Shown here piece by piece: positions 26,087-36,687 of a stretch of 64,000 nucleotides of DNA (position 1 is its first letter; each line of letters begins with the position of its first letter). The stretch lies in the NCBI GenBank assembly GCA_965218795.1, contig OZ244653.1, forward strand, positions 832,001 to 896,000, written 5' to 3'. The position numbers and the translations under genes are program-made. This DNA is from a bacterium. GTDB lineage: Bacteria; UBA8248; JACPRG01; G963555815. The notes under the pieces are model-generated. The model saw nothing but the letters and a program-made list of their open reading frames with translations. It ran no database searches and was not told the origin of the DNA.

Positions 26087-28448
26087 TCAGGCGCGCCTCC
26101 AGTTCAAGCTGACGCGTTTGGTCCATTTCGGGATAGTCGATTCGGTGGTGGAATCTTCCGGTCAAAATCCGGATGAACGCCGTGGAGATAAGATTCAGGC
26201 CACGGAGCGTCAACTCGCAATCATCGAGCTGCCCCTCGGCAAAGACCCGCGCGACATTGTTCCGCACCATGGTTTGAACTCGCGCAGGGGTGGGGTTTTG
26301 AAGACTGCGGGACGCAGCTTCTACGACGTCGGCCAGCATGAGGATGCCCGCCTCGCGGCTCTGGGGCTTAGGCCCGGTGTAACGAAAATCCTCCTCATAC
26401 ACGTCCTGCTGGGCTGGGTCCTCCAACTCCTTCGCTTTATTATAGAAATAGCTGATCAGGCTCGTTCCATGGTGCTGCGGGATGAAGTCGATGAGCTGCT
26501 CGGGCAGGTTGTGTTTGCGGGCCATCTCGATTCCCTCTTTGACGTGGGAGATCAGAATCAGCGCGCTCATCCGCGGTGTCAGTCGATCGTGCCGGTTTTC
26601 GGGGCCCAATTGATTTTCGATGAAATACTCCCGCTTCCGGATCTTCCCGATGTCATGGTAATAGGCGGCCACGCGCACCAGGAGCGCGTTGGCCCCGATC
26701 ATCTCCGCCGCCTCTTCCGATAGATTGCTCACGACGACGCTGTGGTGATACGTTCCCGGCGCGCTCATCACGAGCCGGCGCATGAGGGGATGGTTCAGGT
26801 CGCTCAGCTCGAGCAGCTTGATGTCGGACGCAATATTGAACATGGACTCCAGGACCGGAAGGACCGCGGACACCACGATGCCCGAAAGGACGCCTCCCGC
26901 GAGGCCCATCAGTACGGTGAACCAGCCCTCCGAGGAGAACAGCCGGCCTTCCATCAAGTAGAGCGCAACGACAATGACCGCATTGGTCAACCCGACCAAC
27001 AATGCCGTCAGCAGGATGCTCGAGCGCCGTCTGTAGTGGCGAACCCGGAAACTGGCCACCAGGCCGCCAACCAACGCGGTCAGCGGAAAACCGAATGTCT
27101 GAGGAAGCAGCAGGCCGGAGAGGAACGCCGTCACCGCCGTGACCAAAAGCGCCACCTCAAAGTCCAAAAGGATGGCGGCGAGCATGGCTCCCGTCGCAAA
27201 GGGGACGGCGTAGAAATAGCTGGTCGCTTCCACGTTCCCGATGGCCTCGGAGAAAGTCGCTCCCACCTGCATGGAGCCCTGAACGAGGACCATGGCGCCC
27301 AGCAGGATCACGCCGATCAGGACCACCCGCCGCGGGGAGCGCATGATCTTCGACTTGAACCGGAGAAGGTAGACCGCCACCAGCGCCAGAGCCAAGGCAA
27401 TCAGGATTACAATGCCGAAGAGAGTGCCGATGAATCCCCGTTTTTCTTCCCGCGCCTCCAGGTTGCGAAGCTTCGCGACCTGCTGGGGATTGAGACGTTC
27501 GCCCTCGCGGGCGATCATCTCCCCCTTCTTGATCTGGAAAAAGACCGGTTTGGCGGCCTTCCGCGCCTTTTCGCGAAGGCTTTCAGTGGCCTGCTTGTTC
27601 ACCGTCAGGTTGGGTTCCAGGAGCTGGGCCGCCAGCTCCGCCAGGGCTTGGCGCTCGTCGCGTCCGGTCGCAATATTGGATTCCGCGGACAGCTTTCGAA
27701 TGACGCCGGCGGCCTCCTTGACGTCCCGGAACCCGGTGATTTCCTTCTGTGCCTTAAGCCCTTTCTGACCGACCACTTGGATGGAGATTCCCTTTTTCGC
27801 ATGGGGCTCGAGGAGCTTTTTGTCGCTAACCACCCCGGTCTCCACCGAGGCCCGAAGGAGGAAGCCCACAGGGCCCGAGATTTTCGGGTCGAACCGCTTG
27901 GACCGTAAGTGCCTCACCAGACCGGAGGAGGGGCGTATGCGGAGATTCTTGAAAAATTCGGACTCCAGGGATCGAAATCTCTGTGTCTTCTCGAATTCCG
28001 GGACCGCTCCCGATGGCGCAGATTTGTCCAGGGCGGCATTGGCCGCCCGCTGCTTGGAATCCCGCTTGCGGACGGTCTCGGCGGCATGTTCGTCATACCC
28101 CTTCCGAACGGACGCGAGCGTAGTCCGAACGCGTTTTTTAATCGTCTCCGAAAGCCTCAGGTCCAGATCGAATACTTCTTTGACGGCTTCGGATGCCTTC
28201 TCCCTGATTTTCTTTGTTGATTCGACATCTTCCACCAGCATGTCGTTGGGAGCCTTGATATCCCGCGGGACGATATCGCTCTCCACCAGACGTCTGGACG
28301 GAAGGGTGCCGCGCGGGATCAACAAAAAGCTGAGCGCGACAAGCAGGACCACCCCGACGGTCCATTGAGCGACCCGGGGATTGAAGGACGGCTCCCGCCT
28401 TTGCCCAAACCGGAACCACCGCTGCGGTTCGGCGCTATTTTTGGCCAT
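25980..28448 (-). CDS. 7TM-HD membrane phosphohydrolase (PgpH/YqfF-like, putative c-di-AMP phosphodiesterase)
   Basis: Large extracytoplasmic domain, 7 TMs, APGTYHHS, YYHDIGK, FIENQ, HHGT, FRYTGPKPQ, MLADVVEAASR; phoH-HD-ybeY context. Confidence 0.92.
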   Translation of the reverse strand: MAKNSAEPQRWFRFGQRREPSFNPRVAQWTVGVVLLVALSFLLIPRGTLPSRRLVESDIVPRDIKAPNDMLVEDVESTKKIREKASEAVKEVFDLDLRLSETIKKRVRTTLASVRKGYDEHAAETVRKRDSKQRAANAALDKSAPSGAVPEFEKTQRFRSLESEFFKNLRIRPSSGLVRHLRSKRFDPKISGPVGFLLRASVETGVVSDKKLLEPHAKKGISIQVVGQKGLKAQKEITGFRDVKEAAGVIRKLSAESNIATGRDERQALAELAAQLLEPNLTVNKQATESLREKARKAAKPVFFQIKKGEMIAREGERLNPQQVAKLRNLEAREEKRGFIGTLFGIVILIALALALVAVYLLRFKSKIMRSPRRVVLIGVILLGAMVLVQGSMQVGATFSEAIGNVEATSYFYAVPFATGAMLAAILLDFEVALLVTAVTAFLSGLLLPQTFGFPLTALVGGLVASFRVRHYRRRSSILLTALLVGLTNAVIVVALYLMEGRLFSSEGWFTVLMGLAGGVLSGIVVSAVLPVLESMFNIASDIKLLELSDLNHPLMRRLVMSAPGTYHHSVVVSNLSEEAAEMIGANALLVRVAAYYHDIGKIRKREYFIENQLGPENRHDRLTPRMSALILISHVKEGIEMARKHNLPEQLIDFIPQHHGTSLISYFYNKAKELEDPAQQDVYEEDFRYTGPKPQSREAGILMLADVVEAASRSLQNPTPARVQTMVRNNVARVFAEGQLDDCELTLRGLNLISTAFIRILTGRFHHRIDYPEMDQTRQLELEARLNASHTDDQAKDSEDQPQMAREPSAETVKASESSVG

Positions 28449-29457
28449 CGGCTCTCTTTTCCTTCAAGCGGCTTCCTGTCGAAGCCATTTTCACCCTTCT
28501 CCGGCCGTACTGATCATAGGCCTTGATGATTTCCTGAACCAGCGGGTGTCGGACGACATCCTTTTCAGAAAAGTAGACGAAATCGATATCCGGGACTTCC
28601 CTCAATATCTCCTGGATCTGAATCAGTCCGGAGCCCTTATCATCCGACAGGTCGACCTGGGTGATGTCACCGGTGATGACGGACTTGGAGCCGAAGCCCA
28701 TCCGGGTGAGAAACATCTTCATCTGTTCGGGGGTTGAATTCTGCGCCTCGTCCATAATGATGAACGAATCATTGAGGGTCCTCCCCCGCATATAGGCGAG
28801 GGGCGCGATTTCGATGTTCCCGCGCTCAATCAACTGCTGGACCCGCTCGGTATCCATCAGTTCGTTCAAGGCATCGTACAGGGGGCGCAGGAAAGGGTGA
28901 AGTTTCTCAGCGATATCGCCCGGCAGGAATCCCAACCGCTCGCCCGCTTCCACCGCGGGGCGCGTCAGGACAATCCGGCTAAAGGACTTCTGCAAGAGCC
29001 CTTCCACAGCCAGTGCCACTGCGAGATAGGTCTTTCCGGTTCCGGCCGGCCCGATGCTCACCACAATGTCGCGGGTACGAATCGATTCGACGTACCGTTT
29101 CTGCCCCGCGCTCTTGGGAACGACGTAACGGCACTTCCCTCCCGTTTGAATGTTCCAGGCGAAGAGGTCTTTGAGGTTCAGCTCCGCGTCTTGTTGATAG
29201 GCCCTTGCGATGACTTGCAGATCCTGCGAGGACAACTCAAAGCCCTCTTCCATGACCGATTGGAGGGCGGACAAGAGCCGCTCGACGGATTCGACATGGT
29301 CAAGTTCGCCCAGGACTTCAATGTCGCCGTCCTCCACGATAAGTTGAACTCCGAACATGGACTCCAGCTTACGGAGGTGTTGGTCGTGGATTCCAAACAA
29401 GTCCCGAACCTTCGCCGGATTAACCAGCCGGATCCTTCTCGTTACCGAATCCTCCAA
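28435..29457 (-). CDS. phoH: PhoH-like ATPase (YbeZ)
   Basis: GPAGTGKT, RPAVEAGERLGFLPGD, LAYMRGRTL, DEAQN, GDITQVDL. TTG 29457 after GGAGG. Confidence 0.97.
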   Translation of the reverse strand: MEDSVTRRIRLVNPAKVRDLFGIHDQHLRKLESMFGVQLIVEDGDIEVLGELDHVESVERLLSALQSVMEEGFELSSQDLQVIARAYQQDAELNLKDLFAWNIQTGGKCRYVVPKSAGQKRYVESIRTRDIVVSIGPAGTGKTYLAVALAVEGLLQKSFSRIVLTRPAVEAGERLGFLPGDIAEKLHPFLRPLYDALNELMDTERVQQLIERGNIEIAPLAYMRGRTLNDSFIIMDEAQNSTPEQMKMFLTRMGFGSKSVITGDITQVDLSDDKGSGLIQIQEILREVPDIDFVYFSEKDVVRHPLVQEIIKAYDQYGRRRVKMASTGSRLKEKRADGQK

Positions 29458-29595
29458 TATTTTCCTCCAATGCTGCCTTCGACTCACGGTATTCAGTCAC
29501 CATAGCAAACAGAATCGCGCCCCGCAAACCGAAATTCGGTTTTCTCCCGCTTGATCCGTTATTCAAAATTTATTAGAAATGTTCATCTATTTAAA

Positions 29596-30525
29596 TCAAT
29601 ATCTTGGATGATATTCTTTAAGCATTACTTTAAGCCTCTCTCTTGTAACGTGCGTATAAATTTGGGTCGTAGAGATATCGGCGTGTCCCAGCATCATCTG
29701 AACCGAGCGGAGATCGGCTCCGTGAGTAATCAGGTGGGTCGCGAAAGAGTGGCGAAGCATATGAGGGCTGACTTTTTGCGAAATCCCGGCCTGGAGCGCG
29801 TATCCCCTCAGAATTTTCCAGAATCCGACGCGGGAGATGGGGCCTCCGCGATTGTTGAGAAAAAGATTTTCTGCACGGTCCCGCTCGCCGGACTTTTTCC
29901 ATCGTTTCTCCAAGATTGCTTCACGTGCCCAAGAAATGTACTCCTTCAATTTGTCCTTCGCTGAATCGCCCAAAGGCACCAGCCGCTCCTTGTTCCCTTT
30001 GCCCCAAGCTCTCAAGAATCCTACTTCGAGGTTGACATGGGGCAGATGCAGTCCCACGAGTTCGGAAACGCGGAGTCCCGTTGCGTAGAGGGTTTCAAGC
30101 ATGGCCGAGTCCCTGCACCCAAGAATTGTTTCCGAATCCGGTTGTGCGAGCAGCCGATCCACTTCCGTTGTCGAGAGAAACTTGGGGAGGGGCCGTCCGA
30201 TGGTCGGAGATTCCAGGTCCAGGGTGGGGTCTTCCTCCAACCTTCCTTCGGAGATCAGATAACGGCAGAATCCCCGAACGGCGGAAACTTTCCTCCGGAC
30301 CGTCCTCGGGGAAACCCCTTCCGCACAAAGCGCTTCCAAGAAATGAACGATATCCTCCCGCTGAATTGAGCTGACGCCCGATGGCTTTTCGGCTTGGGAT
30401 ACACGCAGAAAGGCTTCGACGTCTCTACGGTACGCCTGAACCGTGTTATTCGAGAGCCTAAGCTCCGCGGTCAGGTAATCCAGATAGCTTCGCAAGACAT
30501 CCGAGTCTGGTGACGATTCGTTCAT
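29596..30525 (-). CDS. xerD: site-specific tyrosine recombinase XerD
   Basis: LETLYATGLRVSEL, GKGNKERLVP, SPHMLRHSFATHL, LGHADISTTQIYTHV. Start placed at ATG 30525. Confidence 0.95.
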   Translation of the reverse strand: MNESSPDSDVLRSYLDYLTAELRLSNNTVQAYRRDVEAFLRVSQAEKPSGVSSIQREDIVHFLEALCAEGVSPRTVRRKVSAVRGFCRYLISEGRLEEDPTLDLESPTIGRPLPKFLSTTEVDRLLAQPDSETILGCRDSAMLETLYATGLRVSELVGLHLPHVNLEVGFLRAWGKGNKERLVPLGDSAKDKLKEYISWAREAILEKRWKKSGERDRAENLFLNNRGGPISRVGFWKILRGYALQAGISQKVSPHMLRHSFATHLITHGADLRSVQMMLGHADISTTQIYTHVTRERLKVMLKEYHPRY

Positions 30526-30544
30526 GGGGTCGCGAATGGACTCC

Positions 30545-32191
30545 TCATGGAGAATCCATGTCGAGGGGGGAAGCGGGATCCGCGGGGCTGCGCCGTCTAA
30601 GGCTTTGCCGAAGCACGGAGATTTCACGACACCGAAATAGTCGCGCCGTCCCCAGGTAAACGAGCACCCCGGCAGCCAGGCAGGCTGCCAATGCGCCGAC
30701 TCTTGTACCCACCGGACCGGAAGCGGCGTACAACGTTCGATGCAACCCATATACAACAGCCGCCATCAGGATGGTGGGCATCACAAAGCGGAACAAGGAT
30801 GCGGCAATCACTCTTCCTTCCAGGGAGCCAAGTCTCTTGTGAAGATATCGCAGAAGAAGTCCCACGTTCAGGTAGGCGCACAATGCGCTCGCCAAGGCCA
30901 GCCCCGCATGCTTGAGAGGAATCATCAAAATAACGTTCAGGACAATGTTCACGGCAAGGACCCATGCGGCGATTTTGACCGGTGTCCTCGTATCCTGCAG
31001 GGAATAAAAAGCCGAGACGACGATTTTCACGGCCGCATAGCCGACCAGACCGAAGGCGTAGGCAAGCACGGCGCGGCTTGTCATCACCGTGTCCTGAGCA
31101 GAGAACGCCCCGCGCTGGAACAATACCTGAACGATCGGTTCAGCCAGCAAGGCCAACCCCACGGCCGAGGGCAGGCAGACGAAGAGAACGAGGCGGAGCC
31201 CCTCACCCAGCGTTTCGACAAAATCTCTTTTTTCTTCCCGGGCCGCGTGTCCTGAGAGCGTGGGGAAGATGGCAATGGTCAGGGCGATTCCGAAAATTCC
31301 GAGCGGAAACTGAAGCAGGCGGTTGGCGTAGTAGAGAGAGGAAATGCTGCCTTCGGCAAGGAAGGAGGCCAACAGCCTGTCCACCAGCGTACTGATCTGG
31401 GCGATGGAGAATCCGAAGAGGGCCGGAACCATCAGTTTGGCGATTCGGCGGGAACCGGCGTGTCCGGGCTCCCATCGCAAACGGGGCAGCTGCCCCCTCG
31501 CATGCAACGGTTTCAGCAGGGCCACCAGCTGAACGGCACCGCCGATGACGACTCCCCAGGCCAGTCCGGTAATCGGGATATTCAGCGCGGGGGCAAGCCA
31601 CAAGGCGCAGCCAATCATCGAGAAATTGAAGAAGACCGGGGTGAGCGCGGGGGTCAGAAAGTGTCCCAGGGAGTTCAGGATTCCGGCTGCAACGGCGGCC
31701 AACCCGACGAAAAAAAGGAAGGGGAACATCAACCGCGTGAGCGTCACCGTCAGCGTATACTTCGCTGAATCCTGGGTGAAGCCCGGCACGAGAACATTTA
31801 CGATGAAGGGCGCCGTCCAGATCCCGAGGGCGGTGACGACGCCGAGGATCAAAGCGAGGGAGATGATAAGCGCTCCGCTCAGACGGCGGGCCTCGTTGTC
31901 CCCTTCCGTGGTTCGAATCTGCGTGAAGACAGGGATGAAGGCAGCGGACAGTGCGCCCTCGGCAAATAACACCCGTAGGATGTTGGGGATTCCGAAAGCC
32001 ACGAAGAACGCGTCGGTGCTTTGGCCGGCCCCGAAGGCGTTGGCGACAATCATGTCGCGCAGGAAGCCGAAGACTCGGCTGGTGAGTGTAGCCCCGCTGA
32101 CGACGCCTGCGGACCGGGCGATCCGCGCTCCCCGATCTTCGGAATCGGTTCCAGCGAGCCCCTTTGCCGCGGGCTCCGTCGAGCTAGGCAT
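30545..32191 (-). CDS. murJ: lipid II flippase MurJ (MviN)
   Basis: SRVFGFLRD, FAEGALSAAFIPVF, LYYANRLLQFPLG, FYSLQDTRTPV; many TMs. Confidence 0.98.
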   Translation of the reverse strand: MPSSTEPAAKGLAGTDSEDRGARIARSAGVVSGATLTSRVFGFLRDMIVANAFGAGQSTDAFFVAFGIPNILRVLFAEGALSAAFIPVFTQIRTTEGDNEARRLSGALIISLALILGVVTALGIWTAPFIVNVLVPGFTQDSAKYTLTVTLTRLMFPFLFFVGLAAVAAGILNSLGHFLTPALTPVFFNFSMIGCALWLAPALNIPITGLAWGVVIGGAVQLVALLKPLHARGQLPRLRWEPGHAGSRRIAKLMVPALFGFSIAQISTLVDRLLASFLAEGSISSLYYANRLLQFPLGIFGIALTIAIFPTLSGHAAREEKRDFVETLGEGLRLVLFVCLPSAVGLALLAEPIVQVLFQRGAFSAQDTVMTSRAVLAYAFGLVGYAAVKIVVSAFYSLQDTRTPVKIAAWVLAVNIVLNVILMIPLKHAGLALASALCAYLNVGLLLRYLHKRLGSLEGRVIAASLFRFVMPTILMAAVVYGLHRTLYAASGPVGTRVGALAACLAAGVLVYLGTARLFRCREISVLRQSLRRRSPADPASPLDMDSP

Positions 32192-32212
32192 GCAAGTCCC
32201 TTATGGCTGACC

Positions 32213-32240
32213 TTGACAAAGTCGACGAATTCCCTATATT
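32213..32240 (+). promoter_or_regulatory. sigma70-type promoter for rpsT
   Basis: TTGACA-N16-TATATT, about 41 nt upstream of the rpsT ATG. Confidence 0.7.
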
Positions 32241-32281
32241 GAGTGAGTTCTCAGATTCGCATCGGCTTTGGAGATATTGAC

Positions 32282-32563
32282 ATGCCCCGCACCAAGTCGG
32301 TCTTGAAGGCCAGCCGACAGAACAGGAAGCGCAGAGTCCGCAATCAAGGGATCCGGACCCGATATCGCAGTGCCGTCAAGAGGGTGCATACGGCACTCGA
32401 TGAGGGGGATCGTCCGGGTTCCCAGGATGCCTTGGCCCACGCGGTCCAGGTGATTGACCGCACACGCTCCAAAGGCGTGATCCATCGCCAGACGGCGTCG
32501 CGGATGATTTCCCGGCTCAGTCGCCGGGTGCACGCGTTGCAGCAGAAGCCCTCCGACTCCTGA
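32282..32563 (+). CDS. rpsT: 30S ribosomal protein S20
   Basis: MPRTKSVLKASRQNRKRRVRN, IDRTRSKGVIHRQTASRMISRL; GGAG RBS; divergent from murJ. Confidence 0.95.
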   Translation: MPRTKSVLKASRQNRKRRVRNQGIRTRYRSAVKRVHTALDEGDRPGSQDALAHAVQVIDRTRSKGVIHRQTASRMISRLSRRVHALQQKPSDS

Positions 32564-33620
32564 TTCCCTGCGGCCCACAAAGCTCAAAAATCGCCCTTTC
32601 CATCAAAAACCGGCCCGGAAGACCGCTCCCGCGCAATTGGATATCTGTGCAGTGGAGCCGCCCCAAAGCGCTCCGGAGCTCCCCGTCTGAAAATCGGCGG
32701 GCCTGTTCCGCCAATTTGCGCGTGTAATATGGGCTGCCGCTCATCTTCTTGGGGACGGCAGAAGCCGGCATTCCCTCGTCCAGAAGGGAACGCGCTTCCA
32801 AAAGCCTCATCAAATGGCGCGCCATGGCGGCCACAATGACAGTCGGATGATTCTGCCGGCGCAGGAGAACCTCCAGGGCCCCCAATGCCCGTCCGGGATT
32901 GCGCGCACCGATCGCGTCGGTCAAGTGGAACAAGTTATCCGTCCGTCCGTCATCCACGATGTCCGCCACGAGATCCCGGGAGACTGGGACCGCCTGCGCC
33001 GAAATGCCGTCTCCGTCATCCTTACCGCTCTTGCATATGCCGACCTTTTCAATTTCTGCGGCGGCGCGCCGGAGTGAACCTCCAGTTTGTTCGATCAACA
33101 GGGAAAGAGCGTCGTCGTCGAAGATCAGGTTCTCTCGGGACGCCAGTCGTTTGACCGCCGCGGAGAAGCGATTCCCTTTCAATGGAGGCGTCGAAATGAC
33201 CGCACCCCCGGATCGAACCGCCTTCAGCAGCCCGCTTGACGCCTTCAGGGGCCCTGAGAGCAGCACGAGGCAGGACGATTCATGGGGATTCTCGAAATGC
33301 GGAGCCAGGACCTCGGCCTCCCCCTCCAACTGGTGCGCCCTCCGGACCAGAACGCACTTCCGCTCGCCGAGGAACGGGAGGGTCTCCACGGCGTTGATGA
33401 CGTCGGTGGCGGAGCAGGTCTCCCCGTCCAGTTTTTCGAGATTGAACGATGAGGTGTCGGGGTCGGTCAGGCGGTCTTCGATCGCGCGCCAGAACTCGTC
33501 CTGCAGGAAGTCCTCTTCCCCATGAAGAAGGTAGAGGGGGTCAATCGAACCCGAGCGAACGTGTTTCAGATGTTCCCGGAGGTCGGCCTCTTCGGATGCG
33601 GCCAACCTAGAAACCCTCAA
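32517..33620 (-). CDS. holA: DNA polymerase III subunit delta
   Basis: PLYLLHGEEDFL, TLPFLGERKCVLV, EIEKV, LFHLTDAI; leuS-lptE-holA-rpsT synteny. Confidence 0.93.
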   Translation of the reverse strand: MRVSRLAASEEADLREHLKHVRSGSIDPLYLLHGEEDFLQDEFWRAIEDRLTDPDTSSFNLEKLDGETCSATDVINAVETLPFLGERKCVLVRRAHQLEGEAEVLAPHFENPHESSCLVLLSGPLKASSGLLKAVRSGGAVISTPPLKGNRFSAAVKRLASRENLIFDDDALSLLIEQTGGSLRRAAAEIEKVGICKSGKDDGDGISAQAVPVSRDLVADIVDDGRTDNLFHLTDAIGARNPGRALGALEVLLRRQNHPTVIVAAMARHLMRLLEARSLLDEGMPASAVPKKMSGSPYYTRKLAEQARRFSDGELRSALGRLHCTDIQLRGSGLPGRFLMERAIFELCGPQGIRSRRASAATRAPGD

Positions 33621-34143
33621 TCATGAGACTTTGCAATTCCTGGGCGATATCGTCGGAAGCCAGTTGAGAGGCCCTCGCCTTTTTCGACTGGTTGGTCTGC
33701 AAATCGGATGAAACCTGATATTCGCGGTCTGAGACGATGGTTTGGCGGAAAAGGATTCGGTCGCGCTCCAAGTCCCGGAGGACGACCCTCATCGACATGC
33801 GGAGCCGGACTTCCTGCGCTCGGTCCTCGCTATTGAACCCAATCGCGCGTAGGCGAAACTGGAGGACCTGTCCTACAAGCACGGCGTCGGCGTCTTGAAG
33901 GCCGCCGGCCAAGACTACGCGGCCGTCATTGAGAATCACCTTGCGGATGGAGTCGGTGACGCGGACTCCGATTCCCTGCTCCAGGGTGTTGTTCGAAAAA
34001 ATAGGCACATGGATCCGTTTCACGTTTTCCGGGAGGGTCGATCCGCCCCTGCCCTGCAAATTGTAACCGCAGGCCGACAGGACCAGCAGCCCGCATGCGC
34101 ACGCAAGCCAAGCCGTCCGAATCGTCGTCCTACACGACAACAT
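33607..34143 (-). CDS. lptE: LPS assembly lipoprotein LptE
   Basis: Lipobox [23 protein letters not shown]; lies between leuS and holA. Start approximate (ATG 34143). Confidence 0.88.
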   Translation of the reverse strand: MLSCRTTIRTAWLACACGLLVLSACGYNLQGRGGSTLPENVKRIHVPIFSNNTLEQGIGVRVTDSIRKVILNDGRVVLAGGLQDADAVLVGQVLQFRLRAIGFNSEDRAQEVRLRMSMRVVLRDLERDRILFRQTIVSDREYQVSSDLQTNQSKKARASQLASDDIAQELQSLMIEGF

Positions 34144-36601
34144 TGACCAGTTTGCCCGGTACGACAATGACACGTCGGACCTCCTTTTCCCCAATCCAGT
34201 GCTGGATTCGCTCGTCCTCGAGCGCCCGGTTTCGGGTTTCCTCTTCGCCGATCGACGCGGGAAGATCGATGCGGCTTCGCACCTTGCCATTGACCTGGAG
34301 CACGATCGTCAGGATATCCTCGGCGGCCACGTCGGGGTCGTATTCTGGCCAAGCGTGGTCGAAAAGGTTACTCTCGTGGCCTAGTCCGTTCCAGAGCTCC
34401 TCGCTCAGGTGCGGGGCAAAAGGAGAGAGAAGCAGCACGAGGGCGTCCAAAGCTTCTTTCAGGACAGGACGGGAGGATTCGTTCGCCTGGAAGGACTGAA
34501 GCTCATTGAGCAACTCCATGATAGCGGCGATGGCCGTGTTGAACCGGAACCGCTGCTCCACATCCTCGGTCACCTTCCGGATGGTCTGGTGAACCTTCTT
34601 CCGAAGGTTGCGCGCCGCCGAATCGAATACTTCGCCGGCACCCCCCTCGACGGCCTGCAGCACTTCCGCCCACCCTGTCACCAGCCTCCAGACCCGGTTC
34701 AGAAATCGATGGCAACCCTCGACGCCCGCATCGCTCCACTCCAGCTCTTTCTTCGGCGGGGCGGCGAACAGCATGAACAGCCGGGCGGTATCCGCTCCGA
34801 ACCGATCAATGATGTAATCCGGGTCGACCACATTCCCGTAGGATTTGGACATCTTCCGCCCGTCCTTGATGACCATCCCCTGAGTCAGCAGGTTCCGAAA
34901 CGGCTCGCCCGCGCGGAGAAGATCCATATCCCTCAAGACCTTCGCGAAGAACCGGGCGTATAACAGGTGCATGACGGCATGTTCGATGCCGCCGATGTAT
35001 TGATCCACCTCCATCCAGTATGCGCCCGCCTCGAAATCGAACGGAGCGCCGGTTTCCCGGGGGCTGGCATACCGGCAGAAGTACCAGGAGGAATCGACGA
35101 AGGTGTCCATCGTGTCCGTCTCTCGACGGGCCGTTTTGCCGCACGACGGGCACGGGACTTCGTAAAAGGACGAAAGGGCGGTGAGTGGAGAGGCGCCGTC
35201 GAACTGAACGTCGATGTCGATGGGAAGGACAACGGGGAGGTCTGTTTCCGGCACCGGGAGGACGCCGCAATCCGGGCAGTGGACCATCGGTATGGGTGTG
35301 CCCCAATAACGCTGCCGCGAGATTCCCCAGTCCCGCATGCGGTAGTTGACCTGACGGCGCCCGAATCCCTTCTGCTCCAGATAGTCGGCGATGGCCTCTT
35401 TGGCCTTGGGCGTCGGCAGACCGTCGAACGGACCGGAATTGACGTTTTCCCCTTCATCCACGTAGGCCTCGATCAGGGTATCGTCATCCAGCGTTTCCCC
35501 CGGGGGCTGGACGACCACCCGAACCGGAAGACCATGTTGACGGGCGAAGTCGAGGTCCCTCTGATCATGGGCGGGAACGGCCTGAATGGCTCCGGTGCCA
35601 TACTCCATCAGAACGAAGTTGGCCACCCAGATAGGGATTTCCTCCTTTGTCATCGGATTCAGGGCGTACCGTCCCGTGAAAATCCCCCGCTTCTCCTGGG
35701 CCTCGTCGGTCCGGACGAGTGTGTCCTGCCGGGCGGCCTCTTCGCAAAACTTCGCCACGGCCTTCTCTTGACCGGTGCCGGCCGCAAGGCGCGGCACCAG
35801 GGGATGCTCCGGCGCCATCACCATGAAGGTGGCCCCGTAAACGGTGTCGTGCCGGGTGGTATAAACCGAGAGGACTCCCTCCTCCCCGATGATGGGAAAG
35901 TCAATCTGGGCGCCCTCGCTGCGCCCGATCCAGTTCCGCTGCATCGTGAGGACCCGTTCGGGCCAGCCGTCGTTCAATCGGTCCAGGCCGGCCAGGAGCT
36001 CCTCGGCGTAATCGGTGATTCGCAGGAACCAGGCTTCCATTTCCTTCTGAAGGACCGGCGTCTCGTGGCGCCAGCAGAGTCCGCCGACGACTTGCTCGTT
36101 GGCCAGCGTGGTGTGGCACTGCTCGCACCAGTTGACCCAGGTCTTCCGCCGGTAGGCGAGGCCCTTTTCGAACATCTTCAGGAAGAACCACTGGTTCCAT
36201 CGGTAATAATCGACATCGCAGGTGGCGAACTCGCGGTCCCAGTCGTAGCTGATGCCCAGACCCTGGAGCTGCGCCCTCATGGATTCAATGTTTTCGTGGG
36301 TCCAGTGAGCCGGATGAACTTGATTTTGAACTGCCGCGTTCTCGGCGGGCAGCCCGAAAGCGTCCCAGCCGATGGGATGGAGGACGTTGAGACCGGCCAT
36401 TCTCTTTTGCCGCGCCACGACGTCGCCGATGGTGTAGTTCCGGACATGCCCCATATGGATTCGGCCTGAGGGATAAGGGAACATCTCCAGAAGATAATAT
36501 TTATGCTTGGACGGATTCTCGGTCACGCGGAACGCGTCTTTGTCTTTCCAATGCGCCTGCCATTTGGATTCGATGGCGGCAAAATCGTAACGGTCGCTCA
36601 C
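34130..36601 (-). CDS. leuS: leucine--tRNA ligase
   Basis: [36 protein letters not shown]. Confidence 0.99.
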   Translation of the reverse strand: MSDRYDFAAIESKWQAHWKDKDAFRVTENPSKHKYYLLEMFPYPSGRIHMGHVRNYTIGDVVARQKRMAGLNVLHPIGWDAFGLPAENAAVQNQVHPAHWTHENIESMRAQLQGLGISYDWDREFATCDVDYYRWNQWFFLKMFEKGLAYRRKTWVNWCEQCHTTLANEQVVGGLCWRHETPVLQKEMEAWFLRITDYAEELLAGLDRLNDGWPERVLTMQRNWIGRSEGAQIDFPIIGEEGVLSVYTTRHDTVYGATFMVMAPEHPLVPRLAAGTGQEKAVAKFCEEAARQDTLVRTDEAQEKRGIFTGRYALNPMTKEEIPIWVANFVLMEYGTGAIQAVPAHDQRDLDFARQHGLPVRVVVQPPGETLDDDTLIEAYVDEGENVNSGPFDGLPTPKAKEAIADYLEQKGFGRRQVNYRMRDWGISRQRYWGTPIPMVHCPDCGVLPVPETDLPVVLPIDIDVQFDGASPLTALSSFYEVPCPSCGKTARRETDTMDTFVDSSWYFCRYASPRETGAPFDFEAGAYWMEVDQYIGGIEHAVMHLLYARFFAKVLRDMDLLRAGEPFRNLLTQGMVIKDGRKMSKSYGNVVDPDYIIDRFGADTARLFMLFAAPPKKELEWSDAGVEGCHRFLNRVWRLVTGWAEVLQAVEGGAGEVFDSAARNLRKKVHQTIRKVTEDVEQRFRFNTAIAAIMELLNELQSFQANESSRPVLKEALDALVLLLSPFAPHLSEELWNGLGHESNLFDHAWPEYDPDVAAEDILTIVLQVNGKVRSRIDLPASIGEEETRNRALEDERIQHWIGEKEVRRVIVVPGKLVNVVV

Positions 36602-36687
36602 GTCGGTTGACTCACTTGGCTGAATAGGTTGACAGGTTGAAGTTCAGGGGCCCCCGGGGACCGCGAGTGGGGTGGAAAGGAACAGCG

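Noticed and set aside
29555-29665. AT-rich tract at the xerD 3' end as a dif site
   Set aside because: No match to the XerD arm (TTATGTTAAAT) or the 28-bp dif layout; more simply the promoter region of the phoH operon.
29596-30525. Tyrosine recombinase as a prophage or island integrase
   Set aside because: Sequence matches chromosomal XerD, both flanks are housekeeping genes, and there is no att repeat, tRNA or cargo.
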